A stretch of DNA of 64,000 nucleotides, taken from assembly GCA_963751455.1 (NCBI GenBank), contig CAVVUN010000009.1:224001-288000 (forward strand). Direction: 5' to 3'. Numbering within the stretch: position 1 is the first letter of the stretch; every line of letters begins with the position of its first letter. The translations under genes were made by a program, and so were the position numbers. Shown here in pieces: positions 45,740-56,010 of the stretch. Source of the stretch: Nitrospirota bacterium. Its GTDB lineage: Bacteria > Nitrospirota > UBA9217. Below the pieces are notes generated by a model. It saw only the letters and a list, made by a program, of their open reading frames with translations, searched no databases and had not been told where the DNA came from.

Positions 45740-46447
45740 TTAATGTGCCGTTGCCTGCGCATGAGTATGTGATGTCTTTGTCTCGATCGGGAGTGTTTCC
45801 ACCTGACCGCTCGCGAGATGATAAATCCCCGTTACCACCTTAAGTTCGCCTTTCTCGATGAGATGTTTCAGGATAGAACTCTTTTGCAAAGCGGTTGTGT
45901 ACGACTCCGCCACATTCTCCCGGATGGCGTTGTCCAGGATCTCGTCCCTGGTGCCGCCTTTTGCTTTAGCTTTCTTGACTGCCGGCTCTATTTTATTGAT
46001 GATCACGCCGATATTGCCTTCGGGCTTGCCGTGCGCGTCGAGCGCTGCCCCCACGGCGCCGCATTTATCGTGGCCCATAAGCACAAGCAGGGGGGCGTGA
46101 AGGTGCTCGGCTGCGTATTCGATGCTGCCGAGCGCAACCGCATCCAGCACATTGCCCGCAACGCGCACGACAAAGATATCGCCGAGACCCTGATTAAAGA
46201 TGTGTTCCGGGGCGACCCTCGAATCCGAGCAGGTGACGATAATCGCATGGGGATGCTGGCCGCCGGCCAGTTCCATCCTCCGGGCGCTGCTGACATCTGC
46301 CTGTACGAGAGCCCCTGACACGAAGCGTTTGTTACCGTCCGTAAGCCTGGCTATTACGTCTACGGATGTTTGCGGAGAGGTAAAGGCAAATACGGCGGAT
46401 ACCGCGACAGAAAAAATGAACGAGGCAACTATGCTTTTTTTCAACAT
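45740..46447 (-). CDS. Exported beta-class carbonic anhydrase
   Basis: Signal peptide; CSDSR, RVAGN, HDKCGAV. Confidence 0.93.
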   Translation of the reverse strand: MLKKSIVASFIFSVAVSAVFAFTSPQTSVDVIARLTDGNKRFVSGALVQADVSSARRMELAGGQHPHAIIVTCSDSRVAPEHIFNQGLGDIFVVRVAGNVLDAVALGSIEYAAEHLHAPLLVLMGHDKCGAVGAALDAHGKPEGNIGVIINKIEPAVKKAKAKGGTRDEILDNAIRENVAESYTTALQKSSILKHLIEKGELKVVTGIYHLASGQVETLPIETKTSHTHAQATAH

Positions 46448-46572
46448 TTTGTTTCTCCTCTTCTTCGGGTAAAATAAGGTGAAAATATGGCACGATTGAT
46501 ACTATATTTCAACCGATAATGTCAAGGACTACTTTTTGTTATCGATGGTATTCGTAGTCCGCATGATAAATC

Positions 46573-46622
46573 TTGACAAACTGCCACTTTTTGCTAGTAT
46601 TGTAAGTAAGTATTCACTTACA
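46573..46622 (+). promoter_or_regulatory. Promoter with overlapping TetR-type operator palindrome
   Basis: TTGACA at 46573, TAGTAT at 46595, and palindrome TGTAAGT-N8-ACTTACA at 46601-46622. Confidence 0.7.
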
Positions 46623-46642
46623 AAAAGACCAATACCAATACA

Positions 46643-48091
46643 ATGCCCATCAAAAAGGATCGAATCATACGGAAGGTGCGGGGTGAGGTGAGGCGGGAGC
46701 AGATCGTTCGGGCCGCGCTCCTGATCATCGGCCAAAAAGGTGTGAGCAGTCTCACGACAGCTGCGATCGCGCGCGAAGTCGGCATCTCAGAGGGCAATCT
46801 CTATCGGCATTTCAAGAATAAGGATGAAATCTATTACGCAGCGGTTACACAAGTAAAAGAAATGATAATGAATAATCTGGAAAAAGCTCTGATGGGCAGT
46901 AGTGACCCGATACGGGTGTTAAAGCGCTTTTTTTCACTTCAGATCGAACTGATTGAACAAAACAGCGGAATTCCCCGGCTCATGTTTTCGGAAGAGCTGC
47001 ACGTTCACATGAATCTCCGGGAGAAGATACTTGAGACCATGCTTTCGGTTTCGAACAGACTCGCGTCAGTTATTAAAGACGGTCAGAAGGCAGGTTCAAT
47101 CAGAAAGGACATTGACCCGGTGACCACGATATCGATGTTTGTGGCCATGGTCCAGGGGCTGGCTTTTCGCTGGTCCCTGGGAGGGTTCTCTTTTTCTTTG
47201 ACAATCGAAGGTATGAAAACCTGGAAAAATTTTGAGAAGTGCATTGCGAAACAGGGAGAAGCTATGAAAAAGAGACTTATCGCAGCGGGTATACTTCTGA
47301 CGATCGCTCTCGCTGCAGTTCTGATACATCGGTTCGGCAATAATGAGAATGAAGACGTTATTTCAGTGTCGGGAAATGTCGAGGTTACCGAGATAAATGT
47401 AGCGTTTAAAATACCGGGCAGGGTGCTGTCACTATATACAGACGAAGGCCGGAGTGTGGCAAAAGGCGATAAACTTGCGGTTCTGGACAGCGCTGAATAT
47501 GAAAGCCAGGTAGCGCAGAACAGGGCGAATGTCATGAACGCCGATGCCGAACTCGAAAAGGCCGGAAAAGATCGTGAGCGCTCGGAGCTTCTTTATACAA
47601 GAGAGGCCATACCCGCGCAGCAGCTGGATAATGCAAGAACTGCGTATGATGTTGCGTTCGCGCATGCCGAGCTGGCAAAGGCATCGCTTCGAACGTCTGA
47701 AGTAAAATTAAAAGATACCGTCATCTTTGCGCCGACATCAGGGGTCGTCCTCATGAAGAACACCGAGGCCGGCGAAACTGTCGCAGCCGGGGTGCCCATA
47801 TTGACGATCGGCGACATGGAAAATCTTTGGGTTAAGGTATACGTGAGGGAAAACAAGCTTGGACTCGTGAAACCAGGGCAAAAGGCGCAGATCGTAACCG
47901 ATTCTTATCCCGAAAAAGTGTATGAAGGTTCAGTTTCCTATATTTCATCAGAAGCGGAATTTACACCGAAGAGTGTTCAGACCCAGGAAGAAAGAGTGAA
48001 GCTTGTGTTCGGTGTAAAGGTGAGCGTCAGAAATGTAAACAATGAGTTAAGGCCGGGCATGCCTGCGGATGTAAAAATACTTCTGAAGTAA
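46643..48091 (+). CDS. TetR regulator (46643 to about 47260) in frame with a HlyD/YbhG-like membrane fusion protein (ATG at 47264)
   Basis: IAREVGISEGNLYRHF; GGGAG then MKKRLIA + TM; AEFTPKSVQT..ERVKLV. Confidence 0.85.
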   Translation: MPIKKDRIIRKVRGEVRREQIVRAALLIIGQKGVSSLTTAAIAREVGISEGNLYRHFKNKDEIYYAAVTQVKEMIMNNLEKALMGSSDPIRVLKRFFSLQIELIEQNSGIPRLMFSEELHVHMNLREKILETMLSVSNRLASVIKDGQKAGSIRKDIDPVTTISMFVAMVQGLAFRWSLGGFSFSLTIEGMKTWKNFEKCIAKQGEAMKKRLIAAGILLTIALAAVLIHRFGNNENEDVISVSGNVEVTEINVAFKIPGRVLSLYTDEGRSVAKGDKLAVLDSAEYESQVAQNRANVMNADAELEKAGKDRERSELLYTREAIPAQQLDNARTAYDVAFAHAELAKASLRTSEVKLKDTVIFAPTSGVVLMKNTEAGETVAAGVPILTIGDMENLWVKVYVRENKLGLVKPGQKAQIVTDSYPEKVYEGSVSYISSEAEFTPKSVQTQEERVKLVFGVKVSVRNVNNELRPGMPADVKILLK

Positions 48092-48122
48092 TGAGATAAC
48101 TTCAGCCACGAAGAGAAAACAT

Positions 48123-49034
48123 ATGACGGCAATCAAGACATCCAACCTTACAAAATCCTTCAACGGGAATATTGCCGTTAATAACCTCGAACTGGACATC
48201 AAGAAAGGCGAGCTCTTCGGGCTCGTGGGTCCGGACGGGGCGGGCAAGACCACGATCATGCGGCTGCTGACGGCCATCATGAAACCAACCTCGGGCGAGG
48301 CATGGGTGGCCGGTCATTCCGTACTGACCGATGGCGAGACGGTCAAGGAAAAGGTCGGGTATATGTCCCAGCGCTTCGGTCTTTATGAAGACCTTACCGT
48401 CAATGAAAATATCAACTTCTACGCCGACCTGTATGAAGTTCCGGCAAGGGACCGACCTTCGCGCATTGAACGCCTGCTCGGTTTCAGCAACCTTACGCCG
48501 TTCAGGGAGAGACTTGCGGGCAAACTCTCCGGCGGCATGAAGCAGAAACTCGGGCTCGCCTGCTCCCTGGTGCACACACCCGAAATACTGTTCCTCGACG
48601 AACCGACGAACGGCGTTGACCCGGTTTCGCGCAGGGACTTCTGGAAAATCCTGTATGATCTCCTGAAGCAGAAAATAACCATATTTGTCTCTACGGCATA
48701 TCTTGATGAGGCTGAGCGCTGCACACGGATCGGGCTGCTGCATGAGGGAAAGCTGATGACACAGGAACGACCGGACACTGTTAGAAAGTCCCTTGGGCTG
48801 CCAATGATCGAGGTGTGGTCGGAAAACGCCCGTCAAACAGCGGCCCGGATCAGCCAGATCAGCGGTGTGCGGAGAGTCAGCCTGTATGGGGACCGACTGC
48901 ATATCACGCTCGAGGAGAAAGCGATGACCCGGGAAGTCGTGGCCGAAATTCAGCAGATGGGTATTGCGATAAAAGATTTTCGGGAAATTGTTCCCTCGCT
49001 CGAGGACGTGTTTATTGCAATGGTGGAGAAATGA
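48123..49034 (+). CDS. ABC ATP-binding protein (YbhF N-half-like)
   Basis: GPDGAGKTT, LSGGMKQK, STAYLDEAE. Confidence 0.92.
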   Translation: MTAIKTSNLTKSFNGNIAVNNLELDIKKGELFGLVGPDGAGKTTIMRLLTAIMKPTSGEAWVAGHSVLTDGETVKEKVGYMSQRFGLYEDLTVNENINFYADLYEVPARDRPSRIERLLGFSNLTPFRERLAGKLSGGMKQKLGLACSLVHTPEILFLDEPTNGVDPVSRRDFWKILYDLLKQKITIFVSTAYLDEAERCTRIGLLHEGKLMTQERPDTVRKSLGLPMIEVWSENARQTAARISQISGVRRVSLYGDRLHITLEEKAMTREVVAEIQQMGIAIKDFREIVPSLEDVFIAMVEK

Positions 49035-49238
49035 ATTTAAGTAACTACTCAGGTCATTTCTTTATCCGCAGATTACGCAGATTACGCAAATAAAAACAAA
49101 ACCCGAATTCTGGTTTTAAAATCTGCGGATAGAAGGCTTTTTCCCAGATTTGTCTTAATGCCGTTCTGAAAAGAAGCTGAATAGTTACGAATTTAATTGC
49201 AAATACGAAATGCCGATTTAGGAATGATTAAATTAAAC

Positions 49239-50165
49239 ATGGAAAATGATTCAAATGCAGTCAAAGTGCACGGCCTCAGCCGCACCTTCGGGGACTTTGT
49301 CGCTGTGGATCACATTGATCTTGCGGTGCGCAAGGGCCAGATTTTCGGATTTCTCGGCCCCAACGGCGCCGGCAAATCAACAACCATCAAAATGCTATGC
49401 GGGCTGCTTCTGCCGACCGGAGGAAGGGGAACAGTAGGCGGCTTTGACATAATTACTCAATCAGAACAGATCAAGCAGCACATCGGATATATGTCGCAGA
49501 AGTTCTCTCTCTATGACGACCTTACTGTTGAAGAGAACATTAATTTCTTCAACGGCATCTATAATGTAGCTTTTTCCAGGAAAGCAGAACGCAGGGATTG
49601 GGCCCTCGAAATGGCGGGACTCAAAGACAGACGGAATACGCTTACAAAGATTTTACCCGGCGGTTATAAGCAGAGGCTCGCGCTCGGCTGCGCCATATTG
49701 CATGAGCCTCCGATGCTGTTCCTCGATGAACCTACCTCGGGAGTAGATCCTGTTTCCCGGCGTAACTTCTGGAGCATGATCTATGGAATGTCGCAGGCAG
49801 GTACGACGGTTTTCGTGACGACCCACTACATGGATGAAGCGGATTACTGCGACCGTCTGGCGCTCATTTACCGCGGGAAAATCATTGCCGAAGGGTCTCC
49901 CCATCAACTTCGAAAGGATTTCATGAAACGCGACGTGGTTGAAATCGAGGTGGATCGCCTCTTCGAAGCGTTGGATATCCTGGACAGAAACAAGATCGAA
50001 TCGGCAATATTCGGCAGCGTTCTGCATGGCACGGTGGAAAACGCAGCGTCCGGAGAACCGGTTATTCGAAAGCTTTTGACCGATGAGGGGATAACCATCA
50101 GAAAGATCGAAAAAATCGTGCCGTCGCTGGAAGATGTTTTTGTGACGCTGATTGAAACAGCATGA
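49239..50165 (+). CDS. ABC ATP-binding protein (YbhF C-half-like)
   Basis: GPNGAGKST, DEPTSGVDP, TTHYMDEA. Confidence 0.92.
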   Translation: MENDSNAVKVHGLSRTFGDFVAVDHIDLAVRKGQIFGFLGPNGAGKSTTIKMLCGLLLPTGGRGTVGGFDIITQSEQIKQHIGYMSQKFSLYDDLTVEENINFFNGIYNVAFSRKAERRDWALEMAGLKDRRNTLTKILPGGYKQRLALGCAILHEPPMLFLDEPTSGVDPVSRRNFWSMIYGMSQAGTTVFVTTHYMDEADYCDRLALIYRGKIIAEGSPHQLRKDFMKRDVVEIEVDRLFEALDILDRNKIESAIFGSVLHGTVENAASGEPVIRKLLTDEGITIRKIEKIVPSLEDVFVTLIETA

Positions 50166-50370
50166 TATCGAAGTTACCACAGAGTCACAGAGACATAGAT
50201 AACAGAATAAAGAAGTGAAGATGTTTTGGACGCAGATGAACGCGGAAACTGCCGGATTAAAGAAATTAAAAGATAGAAAAACTTATCTGCGTTAATCTGC
50301 GGAAATCTGCGTCCATGCTTAAGGTGCTAAAGATATTTGCATCGTGTTCCGCACGTGGTAGATTATTTAA

Positions 50371-51480
50371 ATGAAATTTCTTCGCATTAAAGCCATCTCA
50401 AAGAAAGAGCTTATCCAGATCTGGCGCGATCCCTTCAGCCTCGCCATGGCCTTTCTCATGCCTGTGCTCCTGCTCGTCATCTTCGGGTACGCCATAAGCT
50501 TCGACATCACGAACATCGATACCATCATTGTGGATAACGATAAAAGCAGTTTCAGCCGCGAATTTGCAGCCAGGCTGCAGTCGTCGGGTTATTTTACCAT
50601 CCTGGGCTATCTTGAAAAGTACGGAGACATCGATCATTATCTGGACTCGGGTAAAGCGAAGGTAGCAGTGATGATTCCCGAAGATTTCTCAAAAAATATC
50701 AGAGCAAACAGGAGCGCTCAGGTCGCCGCGATCGTGGACGGCAGTGATTCCAACACGGCAGCCATCGCGCTGGGATACCTGACGTCGCTTGCCGAACAGT
50801 ATTCGCAGTCCCTCGCAAATGTACGGATCGTCCCTCTCGTAGAGGCCCGCAGCCGGGTCTGGTACAATCCTGAGCTGAAATCGAGGAACTTTATTATCCC
50901 GGGACTGATTGCCGTGATCATGGCCGTGATTGCCGCGCTCCTGACTTCCCTTACCGTGGCCCGGGAGTGGGAGCGGGGGACCATGGAACAGCTCGTTTCG
51001 ACTCCACTCAAGACACCCGAACTGATCATCGGCAAATTACTGCCCTACCTTCTGATCGGTTTCAGCGATACCGTTGTTGCGGTGTCGATGAGCGTATTCC
51101 TGTTCGGGGTTCCCCTCAAGGGAAGCGTGGCGCTACTCATGGCTCTGGGCGGCCTGTTTCTGTTCGGCGCACTCTGTTGGGGCATCTTCATATCGATTGT
51201 TGCCCGGACTCAGCTCTTGTCAAGCCAGATAGCCCTCGTCAGCTCGTTCCTGCCTGCGTTTCTGCTGTCCGGATTCATGTTCTCGATCTGGAACATGCCG
51301 AGGCCGCTCCAGCTCGTGACCTATATTATCCCGGCGCGCTATTTCGTGACAATCCTGAAGGGGATATTTCTCAAGGGAAGCACTCTAGCTCTCTTGTCAG
51401 GACAGGCACTCCTCCTGGCTCTCTATGGGGCGGTTATTTTCTATGCTGCAACCAGGAAGTTCAGGAAGAGGGTAGAATAA
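50371..51480 (+). CDS. ABC-2 permease (YbhS-like)
   Basis: WYNPELKS, AREWERGTMEQL. Confidence 0.92.
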   Translation: MKFLRIKAISKKELIQIWRDPFSLAMAFLMPVLLLVIFGYAISFDITNIDTIIVDNDKSSFSREFAARLQSSGYFTILGYLEKYGDIDHYLDSGKAKVAVMIPEDFSKNIRANRSAQVAAIVDGSDSNTAAIALGYLTSLAEQYSQSLANVRIVPLVEARSRVWYNPELKSRNFIIPGLIAVIMAVIAALLTSLTVAREWERGTMEQLVSTPLKTPELIIGKLLPYLLIGFSDTVVAVSMSVFLFGVPLKGSVALLMALGGLFLFGALCWGIFISIVARTQLLSSQIALVSSFLPAFLLSGFMFSIWNMPRPLQLVTYIIPARYFVTILKGIFLKGSTLALLSGQALLLALYGAVIFYAATRKFRKRVE

Positions 51481-51482
51481 TA

Positions 51483-52595
51483 ATGTTCGAGCGGATCAAG
51501 CACATCGTTATCAAAGAGTTCCTGCAGACTTTCCGTGACAAACGGATGCGCTTTTTTTTGATTATACCTCCCCTCGTGCAGCTCATGATGTTCGGGTATG
51601 TAGTGACCATGGATGTGGATCGGATCCCTACTGCAGTGTATGATTTGGACCGTTCGTCAGACAGCAGGGAACTGGTGCGGCGTCTTGCCTCCTCGGGTTA
51701 TTTCATTATCAACGAACAGGCCCGCAGTTCGATGGAGATCATGGATATGCTTGACCGGGGCAAAATTATTTGCTCGGTCCAGATCAATCAGGGCTTCCAG
51801 GAGCAGGTCCGGAGAGGAATACCGACCTCGGTCCAGGTGCTGGTCGACGGGACCGATTCCAATACCGCGCTGATTGCCCTGGGATATATTGAGCGTGTGA
51901 TAGCGAAATTCGGAGCTGAACGGTCACAAAGAAAATCAGCAATCAGCGCGGGCAGGATCGATTTACGAACCCGGGCATGGTACAACCCGGAGCTCAAGAG
52001 CAGAAATTATAATGTGCCCGGTGTTATCGGGTCAATTCTCATGCTCATCTGTCTCATGCTCACGGCCATGGCAATCGTCAGGGAGCGGGAAGTGGGGACC
52101 ATGGAGCAGCTGATGGTTACGCCCATCACGTCATTTGAACTAATGCTTGGAAAGACCATCCCGTTCGCGTTAATCGGGTTCGTCGATATGATTATCATCA
52201 CGGCCGTTGGGATAAGCTGGTTCAGAGTACCGATTCACGGGTCGATACTCGTTCTCTTCCTGTCCTCCGGTGTTTATATTCTCTCCGCGCTCGGCATCGG
52301 GCTGTTCATCTCCACGGTTTCGAGAACCCAGCAACAGGCGCTCATGGCCACGATGCTGTTCTATATGCCTGCTATTCTTCTATCGGGCTTTGCATTTCCA
52401 GTCGAAAATATGCCGAAGATCTTTCAGTACATTACCTATCTCAATCCGCTTCGCTATTTTCTCGTGATCATTAGAGGCATATTCCTGAAAGGGAACGGCC
52501 TTGCTGTCTTGTGGCCGCACATACTCGCGCTATTAATCATGGGCCTGATCGTAATAGCCCTTAGTTCCTTGCGTTTCAGGAAACGTTTAGGATAA
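51483..52595 (+). CDS. ABC-2 permease (YbhR-like)
   Basis: KEFLQ.FRD, VREREVGTMEQL, NPLRYF; the ORF-track start at 50967 is overextended. Confidence 0.92.
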   Translation: MFERIKHIVIKEFLQTFRDKRMRFFLIIPPLVQLMMFGYVVTMDVDRIPTAVYDLDRSSDSRELVRRLASSGYFIINEQARSSMEIMDMLDRGKIICSVQINQGFQEQVRRGIPTSVQVLVDGTDSNTALIALGYIERVIAKFGAERSQRKSAISAGRIDLRTRAWYNPELKSRNYNVPGVIGSILMLICLMLTAMAIVREREVGTMEQLMVTPITSFELMLGKTIPFALIGFVDMIIITAVGISWFRVPIHGSILVLFLSSGVYILSALGIGLFISTVSRTQQQALMATMLFYMPAILLSGFAFPVENMPKIFQYITYLNPLRYFLVIIRGIFLKGNGLAVLWPHILALLIMGLIVIALSSLRFRKRLG

Positions 52596-52693
52596 TATGT
52601 GGATTGTATTTCGACTGCGACTGCAAGTTTATGCTATAGTTTTATTAATTAGGCGCTTACGCCCATAACATCGACAATCTTTTGTCGATGTTT

Positions 52694-52755
52694 GTAGGGC
52701 AACCCTTCAGGGTTGCGGCTTCCCGGTGATCAGCAAGGCTAAAGCCTCGCCCTAC
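52694..52755. repeat. GTAG-type REP inverted pair; other GTAG-type REPs at 43156-43178, about 54839-54861 and 58462-58571
   Basis: GTAGGGCAACCCTTCAGGGTTGC ... GCAAGGCTAAAGCCTCGCCCTAC. Confidence 0.75.
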
Positions 52756-52826
52756 AAAAGCGTTAAATTCAAACTGCCCGAAGGGCCTAAAACCATTCAC
52801 AAATAACTTTAACAAAGGGAGATCGC

Positions 52827-52985
52827 ATGGACAAATGGCAATGTACGGTTTGCGGCTGGATCTATGATCCGGCTAATGGTGACCCGGACGGCGGAATTGC
52901 ACGGGGAACACCTTTTGAAAAGATACCTGATTCATGGGTGTGCCCGGTATGCGGAGCTGGCAAAGACGCATTTGAAAAAATATAA
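52827..52985 (+). CDS. Rubredoxin (52 aa, not in ORF track)
   Basis: Manual translation [52 protein letters not shown]; AGGGAG RBS. Confidence 0.97.
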   Translation: MDKWQCTVCGWIYDPANGDPDGGIARGTPFEKIPDSWVCPVCGAGKDAFEKI

Positions 52986-53275
52986 CGTCCGGGCGGTGCA
53001 ATCCCGGGAAGATTGCAAACAGATCCGATAACCGGAGGTGCAAAAATGAAAACGAGGGAAAATAATCTGTTTTTCCTTCATTGTGGGCCTTTTCCTGATG
53101 GGCTCTCCGCTGACAATCAATAACGTCGACTATTAAACTGATTTTTTTACGCCCCTGCACTATGCAGGGGTGTTTGTTTATTTAAAATAAGGCTCAAGCA
53201 AACATTATTCCTATAGCAATCAATCTTTGCTATAATAGTCAAAGTTATTAAGCCGGATCGTCTCAAAGGGGGTCT

Positions 53276-54172
53276 ATGAGACCGTTCAAGGAGATCAAGC
53301 ATAATTACCGGTTCACTGAAGAGGACGAGCGGCGCCTGGCCGGTCTCCGTCCCCTCATGCAAGCGCATGCGGACGAGGTGATGAACACGCTCAATGACTG
53401 GATCACGGGCACGCCGGGGGCCGCCCGTTTTTTTACCGAAGAAACGAGAAAAAAGCACGTATTTGACGCTCAGCGTGAGTGGTTCGAGACCCTTTTCTCG
53501 GGCACGTATGACAATAAATACCATGAAAAGTTGAGCAATATAGGAACGGCCCATGTAAGGCACGGCGTAGAAGCTCACTATATGAACCGCGCCATCAACC
53601 TTGTAAAGAATTCCTGCATCGGTATTCTGCAGAACCTCGACGAGGATAAGAAAACAGTGACCGACAAGATCATATCGGTTGGAAAGATCCTGGACATCAG
53701 CCTGGACGTCATTACCACTGCGTATATCGAAGAGGAAATACGGACGTATTCGCCGGTCTACAAGGTGAGAAGCAGGCTTATCGCTTTTTCCGAATTCTTT
53801 TCTCAAACGACCAACCTCCTGCTTGTGCTTGCCCTCATTGGGCTCACGCTGGGCGTTGTCTGGCTGTTCGCCCAGGACGTCTTGCTTCTCCTTTCCGGTG
53901 ATGTCGAGCGGGGAATCATATCCGCATTGGGCTCCATGCTGCTGCTCTGGCTCATGATCGAGCTCATGAATACGGAGATAGCACACCTCAAAGGCGGCAA
54001 ATTCCACATCAGCGTGTTTGTAGGGGTCGCCCTCGTGACCATGATCCGGGAGACTATGATCGCAACTTTAAAGCATGAAAGACCGGAATCGATATATTAC
54101 CTTATCGCGGCAATCTTCGTAATCGGCTTTGTATTCTGGATCGTTACCAGGGCTGAAGACCGTCAGAAATAA
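53276..54172 (+). CDS. Protoglobin / globin-sensor domain fused to a PsiE-like membrane domain
   Basis: FTEED, Q.EWF..LFSG.YD.....IG.AHVRHG; C-terminal 4 TM with VALVTMIRE. Confidence 0.8.
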   Translation: MRPFKEIKHNYRFTEEDERRLAGLRPLMQAHADEVMNTLNDWITGTPGAARFFTEETRKKHVFDAQREWFETLFSGTYDNKYHEKLSNIGTAHVRHGVEAHYMNRAINLVKNSCIGILQNLDEDKKTVTDKIISVGKILDISLDVITTAYIEEEIRTYSPVYKVRSRLIAFSEFFSQTTNLLLVLALIGLTLGVVWLFAQDVLLLLSGDVERGIISALGSMLLLWLMIELMNTEIAHLKGGKFHISVFVGVALVTMIRETMIATLKHERPESIYYLIAAIFVIGFVFWIVTRAEDRQK

Positions 54173-54244
54173 CGACATCGTAGTATGATCTTCATCATAG
54201 CAGTTTTCCTTTTCTTGTGCCAAAATTAACAATAGAGGAGAATC

Positions 54245-54829
54245 ATGGATAATCGTCAGCCGGATTGCAGCGTGTCTGAGGAAGACCTTCGCGCGGCCCT
54301 GAGGGAAATGAAGTCCTATATGGACGTGACCGAAGAGGACCTGAAAAAGATCTACGCGATCGCGCTCAAACATGCCCGTGAACGGGCAGTCCTCCGTATC
54401 CCGGTAAAAGAAGTGATGACGACACCGGTCGTGTCCGTCTTCCGCGATGCCGGTCTGCATGAAGCAGCCCGCCTGCTGTCAGAGAACAGGATCAGCGGCA
54501 TGCCGGTGGTCGACAAGGAGAACCGCGTAATCGGCGTCATCAGCGAGGCTGATATCCTGATGCTTGCGGGGATGAGGGAGGGACATACCTTTCGCGACGT
54601 ACTTCGCAGGATCCTCGGGGAACAGGTGCCTGCAAAAAAGGCCGGAGATACCGTCGGACAGGTGATGAGTTTTCCTCCGATTACAGCAAAGACGGATGAC
54701 GAAGTGGATGAAGTTGCAAAGATTCTGGATGAACGAAGGATAAAGAGACTGCCTGTTGTTGACGATGACGGGAAACTCCTGGGAATTATCTCGAGGGCGG
54801 ATATTGTGAGGGCGATCGGGAGGAAATAA
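54245..54829 (+). CDS. CBS domain protein
   Basis: Two CBS motifs (ISGMPVVD, IKRLPVVD). Confidence 0.9.
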   Translation: MDNRQPDCSVSEEDLRAALREMKSYMDVTEEDLKKIYAIALKHARERAVLRIPVKEVMTTPVVSVFRDAGLHEAARLLSENRISGMPVVDKENRVIGVISEADILMLAGMREGHTFRDVLRRILGEQVPAKKAGDTVGQVMSFPPITAKTDDEVDEVAKILDERRIKRLPVVDDDGKLLGIISRADIVRAIGRK

Positions 54830-54878
54830 TCCAGTTCTGGCAGCCGCAGGCTTCAGCCTGCGCATCAACTGAAATTGC

Positions 54879-55424
54879 ATGACCATCAACGAATATATCT
54901 CAAAAATGAAAGGCGGGGGCAAGAGTCCGCCGGGGGTGCGATCTATCGAGCTTCTTTGGTCGTGGCTCGGCGCAGTGATGGGCATCGGCATTTGCGGGTA
55001 TATTTCATCCCAATATTTCGAACCACGTGAGCTTACTCTTCTGATCGGATCCTTCGGCGCTTCCGCAGTGCTTGTGTACGGCGCAGTAAAAAGTCCGCTG
55101 GCGCAGCCCAGGAACCTTGTGGGAGGTCATATACTATCCGGGATCATAGGGGTCGCATCGTACCAGGTGTTAGGCGATACGATCTGGCTGGCATCGGCAA
55201 TAGGGGTTTCTCTCGCAATCGTCGCGATGCTTGCCACGAAGACACTTCATCCGCCTGGCGGAGCTACGGCCCTGATCGCGGTCATAGGCGGGCCAAATAT
55301 ACACGGTCTCGGCTTTTACTATGCCATCCTTCCAGCGGGCGCGGGCGCAGTCATCCTGCTGATAGTTGCCGTGCTCGTGAACAACCTCTCAAAAAACAGA
55401 CGTTATCCTGAATACTGGATCTGA
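54879..55424 (+). CDS. HPP family membrane protein
   Basis: SFGASAVL, SPLAQPRN, HPPGGATAL. Confidence 0.93.
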   Translation: MTINEYISKMKGGGKSPPGVRSIELLWSWLGAVMGIGICGYISSQYFEPRELTLLIGSFGASAVLVYGAVKSPLAQPRNLVGGHILSGIIGVASYQVLGDTIWLASAIGVSLAIVAMLATKTLHPPGGATALIAVIGGPNIHGLGFYYAILPAGAGAVILLIVAVLVNNLSKNRRYPEYWI

Positions 55425-55621
55425 TTTGAACCAAAAGGCAATACCGTATCCGCAGATGACGCAGATTTCTCAGAGCAGATCAGGGATATTTATTAATATG
55501 TCTGTGACGCACTCATTTTGTCATTCCGAGCCAAGCGAGGAATCTTGCTCTCCCAATCTTCTCCGAGGTGAGAGCGCCAAGGTAAGTGGCCTGACGGGCG
55601 GTTTGCCCAGAGTCTCGCAGT

Positions 55622-56010
55622 TCAGTTCCGGTATCGTACATCCGTTTCCGAAACCCAGATGGAACAAGCCTTTCCCCGTCCGAGTTCTTTGTTGCACGCT
55701 GCAAGGCACGCCCCGCAATTTACGCACGAGATGTCCCGCCTGCGCATCCGCGGGTTCACCTTCATAAAACAAGCCCGGTCGCAGCCTTTACAATCCGTGC
55801 ACGATGATGCCCGGGCAACGTCCATGTTGAGCTGAGCGAGACAGGGCTGACCCAGCCCGAACAGCAGCTGCATCAATCCAGCCGCACATATGAACTTGCA
55901 AAGCACATGTCGGACAAGTATCGAAGTGAGCAGCATATTGATCGACACTCCGATAATGCATGCCTTGACACCAAACGTGAAATCCCAGGTTGCGATCTGA
56001 TGAAATATGG
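55622..56010 (-). pseudogene. Fragment of a CcoG/FixG/NapH-like 4Fe-4S membrane ferredoxin
   Basis: CKFIC, CTDCKGCDRAC, CVNCGACLAAC; N-terminus missing. Confidence 0.65.

Noticed and set aside
46488-46502. TGGCACG as a sigma54 promoter
   Set aside because: The -12 TTGC element is absent at the required spacing.
50967-51482. N-terminal extension of the 542-aa ORF
   Set aside because: It overlaps the upstream permease out of frame; permease-like sequence starts at ATG 51483.
53147-54007. 286-aa antisense ORF (also 48102-48902, 37137-37838, 12892-13503 and similar)
   Set aside because: Shadow ORFs opposite well-supported genes, with no recognisable motifs.
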